The position numbers and the translations under genes were made by a program. Of a stretch of DNA of 64,000 bases, positions 27,255-37,333 are shown one piece after another. Numbering within the stretch: position 1 is the first letter of the stretch; every line of letters starts with the position of its first letter. The notes beneath the pieces are model-generated. The model saw only the letters and a list, made by a program, of their open reading frames with translations. It did not search any database and had not been told where the DNA came from. Origin of the DNA: Desulfatiglandales bacterium (GTDB lineage: Bacteria; Desulfobacterota; DSM-4660; Desulfatiglandales; Desulfatiglandaceae); contig OY759599.1 of the NCBI GenBank assembly GCA_963662465.1, positions 7,328,001-7,392,000 on the forward strand. The letters run 5' to 3'.

Positions 27255-29201
27255 ATGCTAAACATCATAACAAGACGAACTTTCTGGATCATGTTTATCG
27301 CGGATGCGCTTCTTGTGGGCTTGTCGTTTTATTTGGCTTATTTGTTGCGTTTTGATGGCGCTATTCCATCTCTTTATTTTGATGATTTTGTGAAGACTGT
27401 TTGCTGGGTTGTCCCTGTTAAACTGGCGGGTCTGGTTTTTTTTGGATCATATAAGGGCATGTGTCGATACACAGGACTCTATGACCTCGAAAACCTGGTC
27501 AAAGCGTGTGTTGTCAGCTCGGCGATTATTGTTTCCATCTTGGTGATCAAGGTTCGCTTCGTGGGTTTTCCTCGCAGCGTTTTTGCCATTGATCTGTTGC
27601 TGACCTTTCTCTTTTTGTCAGGAGTTCGAGTTTGTATTCGCCTTTTTTTGACCCCTGGGCATGGTCAAATCAAGATCCCTTTTCTTGGCAGGGTTGATAG
27701 GGATGGGGTAAGGGTTTTGGTTGTGGGCGCCGGGTCTGCCGGTGAGAAACTCCTCCGGGAAATCAAGGAAAACCCTGAAATTGATTATCAGGTTGCAGGG
27801 TGTATTGACGATGACGCTAAAAAGCTCAAGCAGACCATCCATGGGGTCCCTGTCCTGGGGTCTGTGGATGACATTAAGGAGATTTCAAAAAGAGAAGCGG
27901 TTGACGAAATTATCATTGCTATTTCTGCCGCCTCTGCCATGGAAATGAGGCGGGTTGTGGGTGCCTGTGAGGCAACAGGGCTTCCCTGTAAGACGGTCCC
28001 CGGTGTTGGAGAATTGATAGAGGGGAAGGTGTCGGTGCGATCCATCCGAAGGGTTCGGTATGAAGATCTCCTTGGGAGGAGGCAGGTTCAATTGAATCTG
28101 AAGCAGATAGGGGGCTATCTGACCGATAAACGGGTTATGGTGACCGGAGGGGTAGGCTCCATTGGGTCTGAGTTGTGTCGGCAGATTATTCGATTTACAC
28201 CTAAAAAACTGATTATTGTGGATATCAATGAGTCGGGCCTATATGATATGGAGATGGATTTCAAGTCTAAGTTGGCTGACACGGAGATCGTCCCTGTTTT
28301 ATGTCCCATTCAGGACCGACATGTGATGAGCCGTATTTTTGAGCGGGAAAATCCTGATGTGGTCTTTCATGCTGCGGCGTACAAGCATGTGCCCATGATG
28401 GAACTTCATCCCTGGGAGGCGGTGCTGAATAATATTGTGGGGACGCAGTGTATTTTGGATCTATGCGCCAGGATGGATGTGTGGAGATGCGTGGTGGTTT
28501 CCACGGATAAAGCGGTACGCCCCACCAATGTGATGGGTACTTCCAAACGGATTGGCGAATTGTTGGCACAGGCCTATGCAAGGGAATTGGGCGCACGAAA
28601 CATGTGTGTTCGTTTTGGAAATGTGATTTACAGTGTGGGAAGCGTGGTGCCGTTATTTAGGAAGCAGATCGAACGAGGGGGTCCCGTCACCCTGACCCAT
28701 AGAGATGTGATGCGATATTTCATGACTATTCCCGAAGCTTCCAGGTTAATTTTACAGGCAGGTGCCATTGGAAACGGGGGGGAGATTTTTATTTTGAAGA
28801 TGGGAACGCCTATCCGGATTGCGGATATGGCACGGGACCTGATCCGTTTATCGGGTTTTGAGCCCGATACGGAGATTGAGATTAAAGAGATTGGACTGAG
28901 GCCCGGGGAAAAGTTGATCGAGGAGTTGATTACGGAAGGGGAGGGGATTCAGGAGACTGAGCATGAGGAGATTATGGTGCTTAGGGCGGATGACAGCGGG
29001 CGGATGACAGAGGATGGAGGTCAGAGGACTGAAGAGAGCGTCAGGCGTAATGACGCTACGGGGCAGGGTGGGAGTGTGTTGACCTTGAAGGTGTTGCGGA
29101 AGCATATTAAGCGACTGGTGAATTTTGCGGAAGCGGGGGATGGGGATAAGATTCGAGAGGAGTTGAAACGGATTGTGCCGGAGTATGATCCGAAGGGATA
29201 G
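27255..29201 (+). CDS. Membrane-anchored nucleotide-sugar 4,6-dehydratase (PglF/CapD/WbpM family)
   Basis: 4 N-terminal TMs; VVGAGSAG, TGGVGSIGSELCRQ, FHAAAYKHVPMME, STDKAVRPTNVMG, GLRPGEKL. Confidence 0.95.
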   Translation: MLNIITRRTFWIMFIADALLVGLSFYLAYLLRFDGAIPSLYFDDFVKTVCWVVPVKLAGLVFFGSYKGMCRYTGLYDLENLVKACVVSSAIIVSILVIKVRFVGFPRSVFAIDLLLTFLFLSGVRVCIRLFLTPGHGQIKIPFLGRVDRDGVRVLVVGAGSAGEKLLREIKENPEIDYQVAGCIDDDAKKLKQTIHGVPVLGSVDDIKEISKREAVDEIIIAISAASAMEMRRVVGACEATGLPCKTVPGVGELIEGKVSVRSIRRVRYEDLLGRRQVQLNLKQIGGYLTDKRVMVTGGVGSIGSELCRQIIRFTPKKLIIVDINESGLYDMEMDFKSKLADTEIVPVLCPIQDRHVMSRIFERENPDVVFHAAAYKHVPMMELHPWEAVLNNIVGTQCILDLCARMDVWRCVVVSTDKAVRPTNVMGTSKRIGELLAQAYARELGARNMCVRFGNVIYSVGSVVPLFRKQIERGGPVTLTHRDVMRYFMTIPEASRLILQAGAIGNGGEIFILKMGTPIRIADMARDLIRLSGFEPDTEIEIKEIGLRPGEKLIEELITEGEGIQETEHEEIMVLRADDSGRMTEDGGQRTEESVRRNDATGQGGSVLTLKVLRKHIKRLVNFAEAGDGDKIREELKRIVPEYDPKG

Positions 29202-29325
29202 ATCACCACCGAGACACAGAGGACACGGAGAAAAATTTTTTTGACTGAAACAGAGATCACAGGTTTGCACTGCAGACCCACACGGATTGACACAGACTAA
29301 CGGCCACCCCGGTTGAACATATTCA

Positions 29326-29437
29326 CAGGAAACCGAACATGAAGAAATTATGGTTTTGCGTGGTGAGGATAGCCTTTCCATGAAAGGGAATCCGAAAAGA
29401 ATTATAAAGGATTGTACTAGCGTATAATCTGGAAGGC
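29326..29437 (+). pseudogene. Decayed duplicate of the 3' end of the preceding dehydratase gene
   Basis: Encodes QETEHEEIMVLR, identical to 28950-28985, then IRKEL*RIVLAYNLEG versus IREELKRIVPEYDPKG in the gene. Confidence 0.8.
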
Positions 29438-29482
29438 GGGAAAAACACTTTGGTTGCCTATTATGAGCATTGGACTTAGAAT

Positions 29483-31162
29483 CAATACCCGTGAATGAAT
29501 TGGCTTCACTTTTTCTGAGGCCAATCCTCAGTAAAGATAATCGTCAAAATAAAAAGAAATTCTATATAAAAGCGAGAAAAAACGATCTAATAAGGCCATA
29601 CGGCTGATTTTAGCGAATAATGCCGCAATACGGAGCGGGACATTCGCTTCATACTCGTTTAAACTCTGATGGGTTCATGTAAAGACCAACTAATCAGAAA
29701 ACTTAGACGAGGATAGAGTCATGATCAAAAGGGTTTCAGAAATTTTTTCCAAAATTGAAAGTGATTTTGAGTTTGCTCCTTTTGAAAAAATTATTCAACC
29801 GATCATTGAGGATGCTCTCAAAGAACATCAGAAAGACAAATACAGGAAAGGCACGATTCTGACGCCGGTTGTTTTGGTTTGGCTATGCTTTGCATTAGCT
29901 TTGCGTCGAAACTTGAATTACGACAAAACTTTGAACTGGCTGGTCGCCGGTATGCGCTGGAAGGATTTGGATTTCCATGGAAAATTTGTAAAAGCAGGCA
30001 CGATTAGCCATGCTCGATCCAAAATGGGAATTGACGTCTTTCGTACCATTTTTTACAGATTTGCTTCGACTTTCAAAGACATTGAACCTCCTGATTTTCA
30101 TGGAATGAGAACCGCTATGTTTGATGGTACCTCCTTGACAATGCCGGACACTGAAAGCAATTGGCAAAAGTTTGGAAAACACAACTCGGGAAGAGGCTAC
30201 GGCGCATTCCCGCAAATGAGATTGGTTGCATTAATGGGTCTGACTGCCCGTCGAATTATAGATATTGCTTATGCTCCCTACAAAGGAAAAAAGACCGGCG
30301 AAAGAACCTTGATGTTTCAAATCCTGAAAAGATGTTCAATAGAAAGCGCATTATTGCTTTTTGATGCTGGATTTTACTCATTTGATTTGGCCAATTATAT
30401 GTTCGAGAATGGGATTCAACACATTATGAAAATAGCAAAATCGGGAAAATTAAAACCAATTCCTGGTTCCCAAATGCTTGACGGCAGTTATCTGAGCAAA
30501 ATTGACGGGAAAATCGTTGAATCGGAAGACCCGAAAACCGGCCGGAAAAAATGGAAAAAGGTTGAAATAATCGTTCGTGTAATTCATTTCCAAATTCCAG
30601 GTTTTCGACCTGTACGTTTAATTACAAGCCTCTTGGATTCAGATATCAGCGCAAAAGAGATTGTCACCCATTATCATAAGCGCTGGGATATAGAAATTGC
30701 TTTTGATGAAATTAAAACTCATCAGTGCGCTACTCTTAAAGGGCAAATGCCGACCATAATTCGTAGTAAACGCAGTGATTTGGTTGAACAGGAATTGTAT
30801 TCAATAATGATCGTATACAATCTGATTCGCTCTTTGATCCAAGAAGCAACAAACATGGAAGGCGGTGATCCTTTGTTGATCAGTTTCGTAGATACTGTCG
30901 ATCTTATCATACAAAGTGCCCCACTCATGAGTATGATAACGGGAAAGAGAAAAGAAAAGCGGTCTTTTCTGCTTAAAATGATCGCAGAATCAAAAATTGA
31001 TAGACCACGCAGACCCAGACGTAATCCACGGGTCATAAAAGTAAAAATGTCTAATTTCAAACGAAAGCGTAGCAAGGATAAATCGCAAACCGTCCATTTC
31101 AATCAAGATGTGGAAGTCCTGTACAAAAAGGCAGCATGAACATCATTCATTCACGGGTATTG
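29483..31162 (+). mobile_element. Intact IS4-family element (1680 bp)
   Basis: Perfect 18-bp IR CAATACCCGTGAATGAAT; 10-bp TSD GACTTAGAAT at 29473-29482 and 31163-31172. Confidence 0.93.
29721..31139 (+). CDS. IS4-family transposase
   Basis: FDGTSL.MPDT, FPQMRLV, FDAGF, YHKRWDIEIAFDEIK (YREK motif). Confidence 0.93.
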   Translation: MIKRVSEIFSKIESDFEFAPFEKIIQPIIEDALKEHQKDKYRKGTILTPVVLVWLCFALALRRNLNYDKTLNWLVAGMRWKDLDFHGKFVKAGTISHARSKMGIDVFRTIFYRFASTFKDIEPPDFHGMRTAMFDGTSLTMPDTESNWQKFGKHNSGRGYGAFPQMRLVALMGLTARRIIDIAYAPYKGKKTGERTLMFQILKRCSIESALLLFDAGFYSFDLANYMFENGIQHIMKIAKSGKLKPIPGSQMLDGSYLSKIDGKIVESEDPKTGRKKWKKVEIIVRVIHFQIPGFRPVRLITSLLDSDISAKEIVTHYHKRWDIEIAFDEIKTHQCATLKGQMPTIIRSKRSDLVEQELYSIMIVYNLIRSLIQEATNMEGGDPLLISFVDTVDLIIQSAPLMSMITGKRKEKRSFLLKMIAESKIDRPRRPRRNPRVIKVKMSNFKRKRSKDKSQTVHFNQDVEVLYKKAA

Positions 31163-31371
31163 GACTTAGAATGGTTTTGGAGTTTGATTGAAAGGGCTTT
31201 GCAGCCATCAGTAGGTGCAGATGAAATGACGGATTCGTACAGAACAGCAATGAAAGCTTTAGAGAATTTTATCGAAGCGGCATATGAAGCCATATGTCGC
31301 TTTTTGGGTTTGTAGATATGTCCAAGCAGGCGAAAGCGCTCAACAGGAATCCTGCGCAATTTATAAATTTT

Positions 31372-31454
31372 GGTTCATCGCGGATTAACGTGAAATCGTG
31401 CTTTGAGATTGTTTCGGCTCAGAAGCCAAATCTCACATGAACCCACGATGAGCC
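31372..31454. mobile_element. Empty 83-bp miniature inverted-repeat element
   Basis: GGTTCATCGCGG...CCACGATGAGCC; inverted near-copy of 3303-3457 lacking the REP insert. Confidence 0.72.
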
Positions 31455-34006
31455 TAAATTCTAAAGGGATTCGAATTGTGTTTACCGGGATGGTGTGTTT
31501 TTTTTTGGGGGCCAATCTGCTATACCGTTTTTGTACAATATTTGGTTATAGTCATTTTGTGGGCGGCCTTTTCATATTCTTGGGAATGTGTTCTTTGTTT
31601 GTTATTTTGTTCCCAAAGTATTTGAGAACGTTTCTATTCTTTTTCGGAGGTTCTTTTTTTCTTTTTGGTTTTCGGTCGTACGATATACAGAGCCAGGTAT
31701 TTGAAACGAGTGTCGTGTTTGTGGCCATAGCCGCATTCATTGTCGGCCTGCGAAGTAGATCGAAAAGATCTGTAATTTCACCTCTGTTTGCATTCATTAT
31801 CTGCTATGCTGCCCTTTCCATGCTTTCAGTGCTGTTATTGCCCTTAGGGCATGTTATTCGAGATTTTTGGCTGTTTGGGTGGAAGACTTCACTTTTTCAA
31901 GTGGCGAACGCCTTTCCCGAAGTGCCGTGCTATTCTTTGGGTGGGATCAATCGCTTAATCCTTTTTTGCGTGCTGGCCCGGACGCTTTCAAGAATACCGA
32001 AAACAGAGCAGATCTATAAAACCCTTTTTGCGGGAGTTTTTGTGGGGGCGGTTTTCTCCTCATTTATCGGGATACTAGATTTTTACGGCGTGTTTTCCCT
32101 GGCTTGGTACCGAAAATCAGGATCACTCTACGTGCTAAATTCTACTTTCATGAATAGGGGATGGTTTGCGGAATTTGTGTTGGTGGCGACCCCATTTATT
32201 CTGATCGGTTCTATGAGCAAGATAAGTGAGTTGTGGTGTAAAATCCTTTTGTTGATATGTTTGGTGGTGTGTGAACTCGCCCTGATTTTAGCGGGCGCCA
32301 GGGCCGGATGGGTTACGTATCCTCTTATCCTGTTTTTTTGCTGGCTCTTTTTCTATTTTTCGAAAGAAGGAAAGTTTGAATCTCTCAATTTGGGATGGAA
32401 AGATTTGGCTAAGATCGCGATTTCCGTCCCCGTTACAATCGTTATAAGTCTTTTTTTGACGTTTCAAGTCTTGATGCCGCTTTCGGATTGTCTAAGAGAT
32501 GACTCTGACAAAAAAAAGATTGCCGGGTACTCGAAATCTTCGGCTGAACTTTTAAAAGGCAGAGCTTTTCGGTTGATTCAGGCAGACCCAAGGGGCCGGC
32601 CCTACACATGGCGAGAAGGATTCCATGTGGGACGGGAGAGTCCTGTTTTTGGGATGGGGTATGAGTCTTTCAGTTGGCATGCGAATATGTTGTCTGGTAT
32701 CCCAAGCTCTCATTTTGCTAAGTTCCATGCCGGATCTGCATTCAAGAAAATACATGATACGCCTCACAGCATTTATTTTCAGTTGTTCGTCAGCGGGGGA
32801 ATCGTCGGACTCTGCTTATGGTTTCTGATAATCGGATACGCCGTAACAATTTTAATCGTGGACCTGATCCGGAATAAACGATTGCTTAATATTCCCGTGA
32901 TTATCTCCATCATCAGCTTCCATATTTACGGCATATTCCAGAGCATGCAGTACATCCCTATGATATGGCTTTTGATTTTTTTGAATCTCAGCTATACCAT
33001 GACCATCGATGCAACGGTGTTCAAGGAAAAAACAAGGCGGGCTTTTAGCGTTCTTGTCAAGATTTGCGCTGTTGTTGTGATGATCTGCGCTTTTGTTTAT
33101 TTGTTTGATTCAGGCTCCAGAAGCCTGGCTGCCAAGTACGGTTTGAAGGTCTATGCAAGAGATCAGGGTGCTGCAGATTATTTCGGTTTTTATTCCCCTG
33201 AAAAATGGAAAAAGGGGACCTATCGATGGATCGGGAGGAGAGCCCTGGTGGAGTTTCGCAAAGGTGGCCTGGTTAAATTTGACTTGGACTGTAGAACGCC
33301 CGATGTAGAAACATGTCCTGTTCTGCTGACAATAACTGAAGACGGGAAATTGGTGGATAGGATTATCTTTACGAAGAAAAAAGCTGTTATAAAGTACTAT
33401 TATCTAGTAGACAAAAACGGGGGGGGAGCGCATAAATTTTTTTTCCAGGTTTCAAGGACTTGGAATCCCCAAAGGATGGGTGTCAGTGAAGACGTGCGCC
33501 ATTTGGGGCTGGCTGTGGGTGGACCTGAATTCCCTACTCATTTTCCTGTGGAGGGTATCGGCTTTTATGACTGGGAAAAATGGCAAGGAGGTCTTATTCC
33601 CGGGTGGACAGGGGATGAGATAAAGTATAGGTGGATGGGCGCACAGGCCTTTATACCAATTGATCTTTCATCGAAAATAGCATACATCCGGAAGTATCAG
33701 TTTTCAGATGAAGAAGCTCATGAAAAAGATGGATTGGAGGTCTTTTTAAGAAGTCTTCATCCCGATGTTGGCGTCGATCCGGTTGTTGTAGAAATTTACA
33801 GGGACAAAATGTTATGGAAAAAGATTGTGTTTAAGAGTAAGCAATGGGAGAAAATATTCTTTGACCAAAATGAAATAAAGGATGCAAAAGTGTTGGGATT
33901 TAAAGTGAGCAGGACTTGGAACCCCAGTCTTTCAGGGATTTCCGAAGACGGGAGGGATCTGGGATTGATGGTTGTATATAGGTATGGGGTGGTGGATAAA
34001 AACTAA
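31448..34006 (+). CDS. O-antigen ligase/oligosaccharyltransferase-like (Wzy_C) membrane protein with duplicated C-terminal periplasmic domains
   Basis: STFMNRGWFA, LAGARAGW, GMGYESF, HDTPHSIYFQL; SRTWNP...D.R.LG occurs twice. Start is uncertain. Confidence 0.82.
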   Translation: MSLNSKGIRIVFTGMVCFFLGANLLYRFCTIFGYSHFVGGLFIFLGMCSLFVILFPKYLRTFLFFFGGSFFLFGFRSYDIQSQVFETSVVFVAIAAFIVGLRSRSKRSVISPLFAFIICYAALSMLSVLLLPLGHVIRDFWLFGWKTSLFQVANAFPEVPCYSLGGINRLILFCVLARTLSRIPKTEQIYKTLFAGVFVGAVFSSFIGILDFYGVFSLAWYRKSGSLYVLNSTFMNRGWFAEFVLVATPFILIGSMSKISELWCKILLLICLVVCELALILAGARAGWVTYPLILFFCWLFFYFSKEGKFESLNLGWKDLAKIAISVPVTIVISLFLTFQVLMPLSDCLRDDSDKKKIAGYSKSSAELLKGRAFRLIQADPRGRPYTWREGFHVGRESPVFGMGYESFSWHANMLSGIPSSHFAKFHAGSAFKKIHDTPHSIYFQLFVSGGIVGLCLWFLIIGYAVTILIVDLIRNKRLLNIPVIISIISFHIYGIFQSMQYIPMIWLLIFLNLSYTMTIDATVFKEKTRRAFSVLVKICAVVVMICAFVYLFDSGSRSLAAKYGLKVYARDQGAADYFGFYSPEKWKKGTYRWIGRRALVEFRKGGLVKFDLDCRTPDVETCPVLLTITEDGKLVDRIIFTKKKAVIKYYYLVDKNGGGAHKFFFQVSRTWNPQRMGVSEDVRHLGLAVGGPEFPTHFPVEGIGFYDWEKWQGGLIPGWTGDEIKYRWMGAQAFIPIDLSSKIAYIRKYQFSDEEAHEKDGLEVFLRSLHPDVGVDPVVVEIYRDKMLWKKIVFKSKQWEKIFFDQNEIKDAKVLGFKVSRTWNPSLSGISEDGRDLGLMVVYRYGVVDKN

Positions 34007-34782
34007 TGGCTGATCTCAATATTCCGCTTATCTGGGAACTGACAAAAAGGGATTTTTCCGAACGCTTTGCCGGATCTGTCCTGGGATCTGTCTGGGCCTT
34101 TATCTGGCCGCTGGTAAATCTGTTTATCTATATCGTTATTTTCGGTAAATTTATGGGGGGGAGGTTGCCCGGTAGTTCCGATGTTTATGCTTACAGCATC
34201 TACCTATCCGTGGGTTTGATTCCCTGGACGTGCTTCGCCAATTCTCTTACGCGGTCTTGTTCCGTCTTTCTGGATCGGAAAAATGTTATCTCCAAAATAA
34301 ACATTTCCCTTCCTTCCCTGCTGGTTTTCATAAATTTGTCGGAAACCATTACCTTTATCATCACAAGCGCTTTTCTTTGTGTTTTTCTGATTGCATCCGG
34401 GTATGAATTTAATGGCCATTTTTTGTTGCTGCCGTTTATTTTCTACCTTCAGCAGCTTCTCGCTTTTAGTTTGGGGATGTTGTCGGCTACACTAACCGTG
34501 TTTATTCGTGATCTTAAGGAAGTGGTTGGGATTATAGTGCAATTGTGGTTTTGGTTTACGCCGATTGTTTATGTCAGTAGTATCCTGCCGGATTTTGTGA
34601 AAAAGATATTGGTATTTAACCCCGCTTTTATCATTATTGAATCTTACCATCGAATGTTCATCTTCAATGATTACCCCGCCATGCGTTCGCTGGTCATCCT
34701 GTGTTTGATCACTCATTTTTTCCTTTTCCTTTCTTATGTTATTTTTCGTGCTTTAGAAAAGGACGTGAGGGATTTCTTATGA
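34006..34782 (+). CDS. wzm: Polysaccharide ABC transporter permease
   Basis: RDFSERFAGSVLGSVW, FIRDL, WFWFTPIVY, NP. Confidence 0.92.
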   Translation: MADLNIPLIWELTKRDFSERFAGSVLGSVWAFIWPLVNLFIYIVIFGKFMGGRLPGSSDVYAYSIYLSVGLIPWTCFANSLTRSCSVFLDRKNVISKINISLPSLLVFINLSETITFIITSAFLCVFLIASGYEFNGHFLLLPFIFYLQQLLAFSLGMLSATLTVFIRDLKEVVGIIVQLWFWFTPIVYVSSILPDFVKKILVFNPAFIIIESYHRMFIFNDYPAMRSLVILCLITHFFLFLSYVIFRALEKDVRDFL

Positions 34783-34937
34783 TGCAACTGCTTTTTATTT
34801 TGATTTGGACAGCCCTGTTTGGGGTTGTAACGTATGTTTCATGGGTAAAGATTCAACACCATTTCAAAGTCTATTTGATTATGGTTTATAACTGCGTGTT
34901 TTTGACGGTTATTTTTGCTTTGTATACCAAGGGTTAA
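34779..34937 (+). CDS. 52-aa two-TM membrane peptide
   Basis: ATGA overlap with the wzm stop; fills the gap to the next gene; two hydrophobic stretches. Confidence 0.55.
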   Translation: MMQLLFILIWTALFGVVTYVSWVKIQHHFKVYLIMVYNCVFLTVIFALYTKG

Positions 34938-34957
34938 AATCCAAAAAGGACTTGGGA

Positions 34958-36100
34958 ATGAATATTTTGCTTGATGCAATTCCACTTGATAATCTGGGGA
35001 CGGGGATTTCCAGATACGTACGCAATCTTTACCTGCAACTGGAAAAAATCCCCGATGTAACCGTTTATTATTATAACGGCAAGCGTTGCACAAAAAAGAT
35101 GCCCGATCGGGCCGATGTCGAGCCCTGGATAAAAAAGACCTCCTTAATCTGGAAGTTCCCGGATCCTCTGGTTGTAGGGTTTCGAGCGGCTACTTGGCTG
35201 GCATATGAGTATCGAGTCAGACGGCTTCTAACCCATGGTGCGTTCCATGTGTATCACGAAACGGCTTTTACACCATCTGCAATCAGAGGTACACCACAGG
35301 TATTTACGATTCATGATCTCTCCCTGATGAAATTTCGGGATATGCACCCTCGGGAGCGAGTATGGTTTTCAGACCTGTTCTTTGATCGCAGAATGCCCTA
35401 TGCGACGCATATTATTACGGTATCTGATTTTATTCGTTCCGAAATATGTAGCGAATTTCCCATTGATCCCGATCGAGTTACCGCCATAAGAGAGGCACCT
35501 GATCCCTCATTTTTTCCAAGAAAAAAAGAAAAAGTAGAGGAAGTGATTAGAGCCTTGAAACTTCCCAGCGAATATTTGCTATTTGTTGGAACGCTTGAAC
35601 CCCGGAAGAATCTCTCGCTCGTAATCAGGGCATTGGCCAAAGTGAAAGACCGTATCCCCATCGTTCTCGTTGGCTGGAAAGGATGGGGGGATGACCTGTG
35701 GTGGCGGAAAGCGAAACAAGAGGGTATCGGAGATAGAATCTTGACGACGGGGTATGTGGATGAGGAGTCACTTGCCTGCCTTTATTCTGGTGCATTAGCT
35801 TTTATTTTTCCAAGCCTCTATGAAGGATTCGGTTTACCCTTGCTTGAGGCCATGGCCTGTGGATGTCCGGTTATCTGCTCCAATGTGGCCAGTTTGCCGG
35901 AAGTCGCGGGGGATGCTGCCATGTTTATTGATCCCCATGATGACGAAGATTTGGCGGATGCCATCCATAAGATGGTTTTTGACACTCAAGTACGTAATGA
36001 ATTCATCCGGAAAGGACTTCAAAGGGCAAGGCAATTTAGCTGGCAACGTGCGGCGGAACAGACCTTGGAGGTATTTAGAAAGGTAGCTGTCAGCTTTTGA
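34958..36100 (+). CDS. Glycosyltransferase family 4 (mannosyltransferase-like)
   Basis: [33 protein letters not shown]. Confidence 0.93.
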   Translation: MNILLDAIPLDNLGTGISRYVRNLYLQLEKIPDVTVYYYNGKRCTKKMPDRADVEPWIKKTSLIWKFPDPLVVGFRAATWLAYEYRVRRLLTHGAFHVYHETAFTPSAIRGTPQVFTIHDLSLMKFRDMHPRERVWFSDLFFDRRMPYATHIITVSDFIRSEICSEFPIDPDRVTAIREAPDPSFFPRKKEKVEEVIRALKLPSEYLLFVGTLEPRKNLSLVIRALAKVKDRIPIVLVGWKGWGDDLWWRKAKQEGIGDRILTTGYVDEESLACLYSGALAFIFPSLYEGFGLPLLEAMACGCPVICSNVASLPEVAGDAAMFIDPHDDEDLADAIHKMVFDTQVRNEFIRKGLQRARQFSWQRAAEQTLEVFRKVAVSF

Positions 36101-36124
36101 GTACCCGTCCTGAAGATTTTAAGC

Positions 36125-37333
36125 ATGATTACGGTCAGAAACATTAGTAAGACTTTCAAACTTTATAAAAGACCGGTTGATCGGCTCAAGGAGATTGTTT
36201 TGAGACGCCAATTGCACCGGCGGTTGGAGGCGCTGAAAAATATCAGCTTCCAGGTGGCGCGGGGTGAAACCTTAGGCATTGTTGGACAGAATGGGGCCGG
36301 AAAGTCAACGTTATTGAAAATATTGACCGGTGTTTTTCTGCCGGACTCAGGCGTTGTTTGCATTGACGGGAAGATTACCGGATTGTTGGAATTGGGGACG
36401 GGATTCAATTCTGAATTTACAGGCCTTCAGAATATTTATTTGAACAGTTCCTTGCTGGGCATTTCCAAGGAAGAAGTCGATGATATCATTGAAGCTATCG
36501 TTGCTTTCAGTGAATTGGGAGACTTTATTCATGAACCTCTTAAAACATATTCCAGTGGGATGGTTATGCGATTGGCTTTTTCAACGGCCATACATGCCGA
36601 CCCCGGTGCTTTCGTGGTAGACGAGGCATTATCCGTGGGTGATGCCTATTTTCAGCAGAAATGCATGCGAAAGATTAAAGAGTTTAAGGAAAATGGTGGC
36701 TCCATCGTTTTTGTTTCCCATGAGATGAATGCCGTGAAGGTCCTTTGCGATAGAGCGCTGCTTCTGGAACATGGTGTTGTAATTAAAGAGGGAAAACCTG
36801 ATCATGTTATCAACGCTTATAATTTTCTTTTGGCAAAAAAATCAAAAGGTGAAGAGATTTGTTTCGCTGATTCGGAAAGCTCAGGGAAAGCTTACGGGAA
36901 TTTTAAAGTGGAGATTGTCCATGTGAAGATGTTGAATGATCATGGGGAGTCGTCGGAATTTTTTGTGGCTGGAGATCGGTGTACGGTGGAGATCGGCCTT
37001 AAATGCAATGAAGATGCAGAAGCTGTAACTGTAGGTATTTTGATAAGGGATCGGTTCGGCCAAGATATTTTTGGGACGAATACCTGCCATATGAACGTAC
37101 CCATTGCGCTCAAGGCAGGTGAAGAATGTACTGTTAGATATTGTATGGAAGAATTGAATATCGGACCTGGGAAATATACCCTCAGTCCCGCGGTTCATCG
37201 GGGTGAGACTCACGTTGATGAGTGTTATCAATGGGTTGATTCGTTCCTCTCATTCGAAGTGGTTGCCGGTAAAGACTTTCTTTTTATTGGTTTTTCTAAA
37301 CTTAAACCTAATGTTCAGGTAGATAGGATATGA
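36125..37333 (+). CDS. wzt: Polysaccharide ABC transporter ATPase with Wzt C-terminal carbohydrate-binding domain
   Basis: GQNGAGKST, YSSGM, VVDEALSVGD, VSH; about 160-aa C-terminal extension. Confidence 0.93.
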   Translation: MITVRNISKTFKLYKRPVDRLKEIVLRRQLHRRLEALKNISFQVARGETLGIVGQNGAGKSTLLKILTGVFLPDSGVVCIDGKITGLLELGTGFNSEFTGLQNIYLNSSLLGISKEEVDDIIEAIVAFSELGDFIHEPLKTYSSGMVMRLAFSTAIHADPGAFVVDEALSVGDAYFQQKCMRKIKEFKENGGSIVFVSHEMNAVKVLCDRALLLEHGVVIKEGKPDHVINAYNFLLAKKSKGEEICFADSESSGKAYGNFKVEIVHVKMLNDHGESSEFFVAGDRCTVEIGLKCNEDAEAVTVGILIRDRFGQDIFGTNTCHMNVPIALKAGEECTVRYCMEELNIGPGKYTLSPAVHRGETHVDECYQWVDSFLSFEVVAGKDFLFIGFSKLKPNVQVDRI

